The notes under the pieces: generated by a model | Databases searched by the model: none | The model's input: the letters and a program-made list of their open reading frames with translations, nothing else | What the model was told of the DNA's origin: nothing | Shown here: positions 32,001-37,531 of the stretch, piece after piece | Numbering within the stretch: position 1 is the stretch's first letter | Layout: each line of letters begins with the position of its first letter | Made by a program: the position numbers and the translations under genes | Source: a virus | Strand: one strand, 5' to 3' | DNA: 37,531 nt | Virus record (IMG/VR): IMGVR_UViG_3300044534_000100 | Location: 1 to 37,531 of that record

Positions 32001-33442
32001 AGAAAGTCACCGAAAACATGCCAGACAGTATTGCCCATGATTGCAACTAGCTTAATTAAATTGCCAGTAAGATCAACAATGGTATTTTTATGTTCACCAA
32101 TATAGTCAAGTAGCTTCATAGCGCCATTCATGATGGTACCAAGTGCGTCACCAAGTAATTTAGAATAACGTGAAATCATTTGGTCAGACAAAAGGTCACG
32201 TAAATCTTCAGACATCTTCTTATTGGCTTTGAATGAAGTATTCATTACTTCACCCCAAAGAACTGACCAGCGCTGTTTGATGTACATTGACATCCCTGTG
32301 AATGACGTCATGGCTTCTTCAGTAGAGTTCTTATACTTGTTACTCAAGTAGTCTAGCGCTTCGGTAAAATCTTTAGCAGTTAATTTGCCTTGAGCTGACA
32401 TTTCGTACAGTTGCTTCATTGATTTTCCAGTTGCTTTTTGCAAAGCTTCACCAAACATAGGGAACCGATTAATCATAACTGACATATCTTCAGCGTTTGC
32501 CTTACCTCCAGCAACAATCTTAGCAAATTGCTCACCGGCTTCAGCTAACTGGTCATTGGTCATATGGAGCGTTGAACCTAAACGAATGAATCCATTAGTC
32601 CAATCTTTAGTTTCCTTAACGCTTGAATGAACGTGATAGAACGATTGAGCCATGCGGTCAATAGTGCTTGCCGCATAGATGGAGTGTTGCGCCATATCAT
32701 TGATATAGCTAACTAAAACTTTACCGTCTTTCGGTGCCTCAGTGGTTAATGCTGTCCAAACCGTTTTCATCCGGTCTTGTTCAACGTTATACTCCATACC
32801 AGCACGTGCGGCTTCTTTTAATCCATTACCAATTGCATGAATACCGTTGATAGCCATACCACCAATAAAGGTACCAGCGATCATATCTTTCAATCTGCCA
32901 AAACTATGGGTTGTTTGAGTGGCTTCTTGTTGCAACTCATGTAACGGAAGTGAAGCCTTGTTATTCAGCTTGGCTTCTGTAACGATCCGAGCTGGCACCT
33001 TACGTAAAAGCTCCTCATAGTTAACTACTTCGCCACGTTGAGCTTTCACAATTAACTCAGTCCGTTGTTCTTTAGGAATCTTCCTAAGAAGTTGACCAAA
33101 GTTTTCAATACCTTGTTCTCTTGCATCAGCAATGAGCTTAGTCTTAACATCATGAGGAATCAGGCCGACTTTTTCTTTGAACCGGCTTAGCCTACTATCC
33201 GCTTCATCGGTGTCTGCTGTTATCTTCTGCTCAACCGGTTGCTTCATGGCTTCTTCCATTTCATCATGAGCGTGTTTAGCCTGATTTACGGACTTGCCAA
33301 GAGCATTGCGCAGATTTTCTTCAGCCTTGTCACCAGTATTTTTACCAACATTATTAAGTGTTTCGTCAAGCTCTTTTGCCGTTTGTGCTGGCTGTTGAGC
33401 ATTTAAGATCACATCAATGTTGACTGTACCATCTGCTGCCAT
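29006..33442 (-). CDS. Tape measure protein with a C-terminal lytic transglycosylase (SLT)-like domain
   Basis: 1478 aa with TM-like glycine-rich segments and long coiled coils. The SLT-like motif is YWQAMVESTVNP...GLFQF, around 29480-29740. Confidence 0.9.
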   Translation of the reverse strand: MAADGTVNIDVILNAQQPAQTAKELDETLNNVGKNTGDKAEENLRNALGKSVNQAKHAHDEMEEAMKQPVEQKITADTDEADSRLSRFKEKVGLIPHDVKTKLIADAREQGIENFGQLLRKIPKEQRTELIVKAQRGEVVNYEELLRKVPARIVTEAKLNNKASLPLHELQQEATQTTHSFGRLKDMIAGTFIGGMAINGIHAIGNGLKEAARAGMEYNVEQDRMKTVWTALTTEAPKDGKVLVSYINDMAQHSIYAASTIDRMAQSFYHVHSSVKETKDWTNGFIRLGSTLHMTNDQLAEAGEQFAKIVAGGKANAEDMSVMINRFPMFGEALQKATGKSMKQLYEMSAQGKLTAKDFTEALDYLSNKYKNSTEEAMTSFTGMSMYIKQRWSVLWGEVMNTSFKANKKMSEDLRDLLSDQMISRYSKLLGDALGTIMNGAMKLLDYIGEHKNTIVDLTGNLIKLVAIMGNTVWHVFGDFLSIIAHTFGLVGKNGKAAVDPLELLDDVTKDLVSHEGAVRAFTVALVAMFAVKRIMDFVIWMSRAREALLSFEATQKAMSALNLGGGSTAPQYLTEASAEQNAGRAMLPRLNSASGAVNVLRANKAVPVLTAVAGVGTELLSSNNTGQKVGGSTGSIAGTALGALAGSFIGPEGTAVGAMAGEWLGKKIGETAGNAANKAMAGHSIVAHTKIKIDTDTSGSSKAIRPDLNKVARTVIKMDVDPKSISETKARTDKLYSDMSKSLKRYYDDKEKRSQKDLQQLVKEGVITQQQANKKLQAEKDADNKRIKAEQSTLKSMQDATNNHYKRLQTIESGQTKKLLEIERKYGKNSKQYNQERIREIQKENQNYTKVLVRDQMKADKSINASVKKGASQQEKIYKDLIKRKGKLSQQDLKQTQRDANKQYQATVRPAQKARDEVIKSAREKYRETTKTAEREYKENHTISKKQYEDIVDNAKKQRDGSIKEANRQYDSVTKTAREQHRKVSREIEDQKNDVNRSAMDEATGHISASQTEMQGVNSNYSSGYSHAGGIWNKFLNGVKDVLKFFQQSTKNMPSVPTGYATGTGALKENQLALVGEEGFELAHTPRGYEVLGAGGPELRYLSAGTSILTHAQSTAAMAMNGGKLPGYAKGTGAKISDFIDDAKDGMEEAFDLIGKGASEVWDWLKGKTGLDKMLNAQPSMGGVKRTTKGSFEYAKNSIGNYIKKMADKFMESIGGGGKMSKGEFAKAAQVAAALMHQSLSASDIERLYWQAMVESTVNPAQGGGIDDHDGTGRPIGLFQFKLGTWGAAVRHLPAGHSNIHSAVDQIMAVLADSTWRSDLAPIGVRRGWSPQGYANGGWADKFSIFGEVPGEPELAVNPARDTSEGHIAEAIEARAKINPNGFAGTLSKLIESAKNSANNLVPVINQGTNQVRTASSVASRSAKIDGNLNVVMNVDGKTIGHVTYATWRAIRSHEINIQANGGAIPVGGAQPLGGVY

Positions 33443-33459
33443 CTATCTCCCTCCTTTCG

Positions 33460-34110
33460 CTAAGATTGAGCCCAAGCCTTAATAGTATTCATAAAGCCCG
33501 TGAATTGCTGTTCACGGGCTTCTTCAGTCTTGTTCTCGTTAAGTTCGTAATACTGCTTTGCACTAAGCGCATCGGTAAGCTCTTGCCCCTTCAATTCGCT
33601 AGTATCTCGCATTCTGATTTGAATAATCCTACTCATATAGGTCTTATCATTCAAGCCAGAAAACAACGCCTTAAACTCGTCCCAATGCATTTTGCCTTTC
33701 TCTTGAAGCAAATTAATGCCGTATTGTTCACGAAAACTAGAGTAAATAGCTTCCGCATCCTGTGTGAACGAATAATACTTGACGGCTGGTGTTGGATTGC
33801 CTTGCATATCAGAGCTAGGTTCTTCATCATCGTTGCCGTAGGGTTGTTCTCGCAGATAACTGCTAATCTGTTCAAATGCTGAGACCGCAAAATCAGGATC
33901 TTGTGGTGTAAATCCAAAGAACATTTCAAAGCCAATTGATACCTTTTCCTCAGCGGTAAAATGCTCATCATCTAGTAACTGATAGAAACTGATCACCGTG
34001 TCAAAAGATAGGTCAAGTTTGTAGGCCTTGCCTTGATAATCAAACTCATTATTGAGACCAGTAGGATTACTTTTGCGATCCTCGCTTCTTGTTAGCGATA
34101 GCATGTTCAC
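33460..34110 (-). CDS. Tail assembly protein (Gp15-like, pre-TMP)
   Basis: Called from its position. Initiation is probably independent, at GTG 34110 or ATG 34104. Confidence 0.5.
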   Translation of the reverse strand: MNMLSLTRSEDRKSNPTGLNNEFDYQGKAYKLDLSFDTVISFYQLLDDEHFTAEEKVSIGFEMFFGFTPQDPDFAVSAFEQISSYLREQPYGNDDEEPSSDMQGNPTPAVKYYSFTQDAEAIYSSFREQYGINLLQEKGKMHWDEFKALFSGLNDKTYMSRIIQIRMRDTSELKGQELTDALSAKQYYELNENKTEEAREQQFTGFMNTIKAWAQS

Positions 34111-34567
34111 TCACCCGCTTCTTTTTGCCTGTGTATTGAGCAGTACGGGCTTCGTGCTTTTCACGTTGACGGGCTTCATTCGTTCCATCGAGTTTTTCTT
34201 TAGTCTCACGTAGAACTTTAATCGTCTTGAATAGTGCATACGATTGTTGATCGTAGTAATCATAGATAGACTTACCAGCACCCTTAACACCAAGTACATC
34301 ATCTAGTGCTTCAAACACATCATTAAGTAATGCCTTTTGCTGTTTTTCGAGGTAATCCTTTCGCTGGTCAACAGTCATTTCATCTTCAAACTTCTTTGAA
34401 GCATCTTGTTGCTTTTTGTAGAAATCTGAAATTTCTAGTTGCAAGTTGCGCAAAGCCCGATCCATTTCATCGTTAAATGTGACGTGATAAGTCTTGCCAC
34501 CAATGATTACACTTCGTTTGAAATTAAACTTGAACTGCTTATCTAGATCCATATTGATTGCAGACAT
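34067..34567 (-). CDS. Tail assembly chaperone
   Basis: Lies between the major tail protein and TMP. The protein is acidic and helical. Confidence 0.55.
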   Translation of the reverse strand: MSAINMDLDKQFKFNFKRSVIIGGKTYHVTFNDEMDRALRNLQLEISDFYKKQQDASKKFEDEMTVDQRKDYLEKQQKALLNDVFEALDDVLGVKGAGKSIYDYYDQQSYALFKTIKVLRETKEKLDGTNEARQREKHEARTAQYTGKKKRVSEHAIANKKRGSQK

Positions 34568-34621
34568 TTTATGTATCCTCCTATCGTTTCACTTTAACTC
34601 GTCTCTGTTTTTACTTAGTTA

Positions 34622-35203
34622 CTACTTATTAGCGCTTGCTGGGACAAACTTAGGCTTACCGTTAAATACGGCCACAAAGCTGAATGTTTGCTTAGCACCT
34701 GGTTGACCACCAGCTGGGACAATGTTAGTCAGGGTAACAATTCCGTATACCTGTGAGCCGTCCGCAAAGGTAACTCGCATCAAGGTCTTTAGGTTGTCAC
34801 CAATTTCTAGCATCTTAGAAGCAATGTAGTCTTGTGCCTTATCACCATATACACGGTGACCAGCAACAGTAAATTGGTAACGCTTAGAGGTAACGTCTGA
34901 AGTACCGAAACCTTCACCATCGTAGTATTCATCGTTAGCGGTGGTGTCGTTTTCGGCTGGCGTTAAGTTGTTAATACCAGCTGCCAAACGTGCCCACGCT
35001 GCCTTAGTAATATCGTTAACGTTATCTAAACCATCGGTAGCAATTTCAATCTTATTTTGCCAGTTCAGTAAGAACTTACCGATGTTAGTAGGTGCTGTGT
35101 CGTCACCTGCTAGAGAGTTGTTTGTTGTTGTGCCAGCAGGTTGTGGTACTACATTACCCGCTGTTCCTGCTGCACTTGTTGGAGTTGTATTTTCATCAGC
35201 CAT
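34622..35203 (-). CDS. Major tail protein
   Basis: 193 aa. Called from its position upstream of the chaperones, with a strong intergenic RBS. Confidence 0.7.
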   Translation of the reverse strand: MADENTTPTSAAGTAGNVVPQPAGTTTNNSLAGDDTAPTNIGKFLLNWQNKIEIATDGLDNVNDITKAAWARLAAGINNLTPAENDTTANDEYYDGEGFGTSDVTSKRYQFTVAGHRVYGDKAQDYIASKMLEIGDNLKTLMRVTFADGSQVYGIVTLTNIVPAGGQPGAKQTFSFVAVFNGKPKFVPASANK

Positions 35204-35219
35204 AATTTATCCTTCTTTC

Positions 35220-35618
35220 TTATTTTTCAAAAGTATCAACCGTAATTTTAAAATCAAAAACATATGTTACTGTTCCAGTAGTATCAGCCATTGTTGGGTG
35301 CGGGAACGAAGCAATCTCTAACGTTGAGAAAACAAAAGAGCCATCTTTTGAGATGACCCTGCAATCGTTATCACCAAGCACGTTAGCAATCTGCCACAGC
35401 ACTTGATTAATCAATCCTTCATCACTACCTCGCATGATTACTTCCATGAGGTATTGTTCAGTCTTATTGCCGGCATAATCAACTTCAATCACGTTAGAAC
35501 CCGGTAACATTTGCAAGCGTAACTCTGGATCATGTTTACCGTCCAAGTAGCCAAGCAAACATTTAAGCGGTAAATCTAGTGAATTAATTGAGTCTTTTAC
35601 TCGTTCTTTTAAATCCAT
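35220..35618 (-). CDS. Tail completion / tail-terminator-like protein
   Basis: Called from gene order in the head-tail joining block. Confidence 0.5.
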   Translation of the reverse strand: MDLKERVKDSINSLDLPLKCLLGYLDGKHDPELRLQMLPGSNVIEVDYAGNKTEQYLMEVIMRGSDEGLINQVLWQIANVLGDNDCRVISKDGSFVFSTLEIASFPHPTMADTTGTVTYVFDFKITVDTFEK

Positions 35619-35977
35619 TAGCGACCTCCTAATAATGAATCAGAGACTTTATTCAGCCACCGATTCATATACAGTGACTTAGCTTTTAAGTCCCAACGCT
35701 TAGTTGCCTGTGGGTGTTCTGAGCGAGTGTAGTTAACTACCGGATGATCGTTAATCATTCCATAGAATTGAGCTTTTGAATATGGTTCATCATAAACAAT
35801 AGTCTGTTTATTCCCGCTAATGTGAGCCGAACCAGCTAAGTGACCTTGCCTGTATGGTACAAACTGGTCCATATCTTCCATAGCCTGATTAGCGACAATA
35901 TAGTTAGCCTTTTCTAAATTAGCTTGGCTAAATATTTCGGCTAGCTTTTTACCGCTATAACTAACCCGTACACTCAT
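35618..35977 (-). CDS. HK97 gp10-like head-tail joining protein
   Basis: Called from gene order and size. Sequence ANQAMEDMDQFVPYRQGHL.... Confidence 0.5.
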   Translation of the reverse strand: MSVRVSYSGKKLAEIFSQANLEKANYIVANQAMEDMDQFVPYRQGHLAGSAHISGNKQTIVYDEPYSKAQFYGMINDHPVVNYTRSEHPQATKRWDLKAKSLYMNRWLNKVSDSLLGGR

Positions 35978-36324
35978 TACAACACCTCCAGTTCGTATGA
36001 ATAAACCTTGTTATTATAAGGCTCTCGATTATCCACAATGTTAGTAATCGTGTAATCTCTACCTTCAAAAGTGAGGTGGGTGCCAATCCAATCCGGTGTA
36101 ATTTTCGGCAATGGCTCTGAAATTTGAGCAAATAAAAAGACAATCGCATTTGCTGTGATTGTCCGGCTGTTACTCGAGCCCGAATAAATTGTCTGTGGTT
36201 GAACCAACACGTTGTTGATTGCTTGTTCCACAGTCTTTTGCTTACCGTAATCATCTTCTTCACCCGTTGGTACTTGAAGCACGATTGACTGATTACACAT
36301 CTTTTTAGGAATGCGAGGCAACAT
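35977..36324 (-). CDS. Head closure / head-tail adaptor protein
   Basis: The start is refined to the ATG at 36324, which follows GAGGGAG. Confidence 0.5.
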   Translation of the reverse strand: MLPRIPKKMCNQSIVLQVPTGEEDDYGKQKTVEQAINNVLVQPQTIYSGSSNSRTITANAIVFLFAQISEPLPKITPDWIGTHLTFEGRDYTITNIVDNREPYNNKVYSYELEVL

Positions 36325-36730
36325 ACCAATCACTCCCTCGACCACGATAAAGCAAACCATAATGAGCTAACAAACGGTAAGCTTCACGACAAACACCATG
36401 AATCATTCCGTTTGTTGAAGCATGGTTAGTTGGCTGTAAGGACAGCCGACCAATCGAAATACTATTGAAATCATCCCCATTAACATATGAAGAGCTGATT
36501 CCCGTTTCAACAATGAAATCAATTTGTTCACAGATAGCTGCCTTGTAAGCATCTACTCGCTTCAAATTCTCATCTTGACTAATATCGTGATCGTTATAGT
36601 AATAATCAATCACACCATCAATTGCTCGCTGGGCTTGTTTCTCGGCAGAATCAAAATCAGGAGCAGATTTAAACGCTGTATAGCCTAAATCTGAATATTC
36701 ACTGAATGTTAGGTGTGCTGGATAAGCCAT
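36305..36730 (-). CDS. Head-tail connector (gp6-like)
   Basis: It is the first gene after the capsid gene. The ATG overlaps the stop of the -1 frame extension (TAATG). Confidence 0.55.
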   Translation of the reverse strand: MAYPAHLTFSEYSDLGYTAFKSAPDFDSAEKQAQRAIDGVIDYYYNDHDISQDENLKRVDAYKAAICEQIDFIVETGISSSYVNGDDFNSISIGRLSLQPTNHASTNGMIHGVCREAYRLLAHYGLLYRGRGSDWYVASHS

Positions 36731-36954
36731 TACTTACCACCACCGTTAACTGCATTGAGCAAATCATCCTTGCTCATTGTTGAAGTGTAAGTCAAGCCGT
36801 GAGCATCCATATAAGCCTTAATTTGATCTACTGTTTGAGCAGTCGTTGGCTTTACACTACCCTTTGGATCAAAAGCTGGGACTGATTCCCCGCCTTGATT
36901 AGATGGTGAAACATTTGCCGTTCCACTATCAGTTGACGGGGTTACGCTTTTGGG
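36730..36954 (-). CDS. -1 frame C-terminal extension of the major capsid protein (72 codons) reached via slippery heptamer C CCA AAA; ends in a HeH/SAP-like motif
   Basis: The heptamer lies at 36948..36954 (minus strand), two codons before the 0-frame TAA. The -1 frame stays open to the TAA at 36730..36732. It has no ATG, GTG or TTG in its first 46 codons. Its tail reads [29 protein letters not shown]. Confidence 0.6.
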   Translation of the reverse strand, partial: PKSVTPSTDSGTANVSPSNQGGESVPAFDPKGSVKPTTAQTVDQIKAYMDAHGLTYTSTMSKDDLLNAVNGGGK

Positions 36955-37531
36955 GAAGCTGCTACATAAATAGCCTTCTTGGCATTGTCAAATACTAGGA
37001 TGTCGTAATATGACAATCCCTTAATGGTTGTCCGATAGCCCGACCGGTCAGTAGAAGCATCGAGAACATCGACAGTATCGTACTTAACGATTGGCGCTAA
37101 TGCATAAAGTGGTACTGCCATAAAGTTAACGTTATCAGAAATAGTTAGTCCTTGAATCCGGTCCTTGGCACAAGTAAGAATTGGAACACCACCATCAAGT
37201 TGACCTACCCGACGGTCAATCCCGTTAATTTGCTGAGTGTTAGTAGAGAAGTTTTTAGTAACACCCTTAGCGTTCTTTAATGCCCGGTAATAACCAGCAG
37301 AAGCAAAGATAACATAACCACCAGGAATTTCATTATCAATCATGTATTGCTCAAGGTCATCATAGGCATCAAGAGCATTATCGCTAGTGATTGTATCAGT
37401 AACCAACTTTCCACCGTTCTTAGCGGTGTCATAAATCTTTTGAGCAGCGAACTTGTCACGATGAGGAACAGTAATTAACCGTTGATGTTCACGAACAACG
37501 TTAGCCACTTGGTAGGCACCATTTTCGCTCA
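36942..37531 (-). CDS. Major capsid protein, 3' part (37405..37531 duplicates 1..127)
   Basis: Same frame as 1..404, with TAA stop at 36942..36944. Its position between the scaffold and head-tail connector genes fits a capsid gene. Confidence 0.8.
   Translation of the reverse strand, partial: SENGAYQVANVVREHQRLITVPHRDKFAAQKIYDTAKNGGKLVTDTITSDNALDAYDDLEQYMIDNEIPGGYVIFASAGYYRALKNAKGVTKNFSTNTQQINGIDRRVGQLDGGVPILTCAKDRIQGLTISDNVNFMAVPLYALAPIVKYDTVDVLDASTDRSGYRTTIKGLSYYDILVFDNAKKAIYVAASPKA
37405..37531. repeat. Second copy of the 127-bp terminal overlap (equals 1..127)
   Basis: Identical to 1..127. Confidence 0.95.

Noticed and set aside
34067-34140. Canonical gpG/gpGT -1 frameshift between the two pre-TMP chaperone ORFs
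   Set aside because: The downstream ORF is in the +1 frame, not the -1 frame. The -1 frame closes at once (TGA). The AAAAAG run is not a full X XXY YYZ heptamer in frame. The +1 frame has a TGA immediately before its GTG. Independent initiation is more likely.
36955-37000. A stimulatory stem-loop or pseudoknot for the capsid frameshift
   Set aside because: Downstream of the heptamer (36947 and lower on the minus strand) I found only a 4-bp CCGU/ACGG pairing. I did not claim it. It needs computational folding.

Overview
The window is a complete genome of a temperate siphovirus-type phage or prophage, with gene content typical of Lactobacillaceae phages. The unit length is 37,404 bp. Positions 1-127 are repeated exactly at 37405-37531, so this is a circular assembly opened inside the major capsid gene. 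About 90% of the genome is coding. Nearly all lytic genes lie on the minus strand. Read along the minus strand from 16780 downward and wrapping through 1/37404, the order is as follows. (1) Cro-like regulator, antirepressor, small early genes. (2) Recombination and replication: Gp157-like, ERF, SSB, DnaD-like organizer, DnaC-like loader, RusA. (3) A PnuC-like transporter and small Zn-ribbon ORFs. (4) An ArpU-family late activator. (5) A ~1.5 kb block with no long ORF. (6) Packaging and head: small ORFs, TerS, TerL, an HNH endonuclease cassette, portal, Mu-F-like head protein, scaffold, major capsid. (7) Tail: connectors, major tail protein, chaperones, 1478-aa tape measure, Dit, Tal, baseplate and fibre proteins, XkdX-like. 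(8) Lysis: holin genes and a GH25 endolysin. (9) A promoter-bearing moron. The plus strand carries the lysogeny module: short XRE repressor, ImmA-like protease, three small unknown genes and a tyrosine integrase, followed by the putative attP region.

The most interesting signals are these:
- A ~820-nt structured RNA candidate lies just downstream of an 11-bp-phased CTGCAG x5 array. It contains a tRNA-like cloverleaf with a 21-nt anticodon loop and may belong to the GOLLD/ROOL class.
- A type-I toxin/antisense-RNA-like module sits next to it.
- A canonical C CCA AAA -1 frameshift site at the end of the capsid gene opens a start-less 72-codon extension.
- Two FN3 domains are each split at the same structural position across consecutive in-frame tail ORFs.
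- The replication organizer carries the same DDLPF tail as SSB.

All functional calls rest on motif and architecture recognition by eye. No database search was possible.
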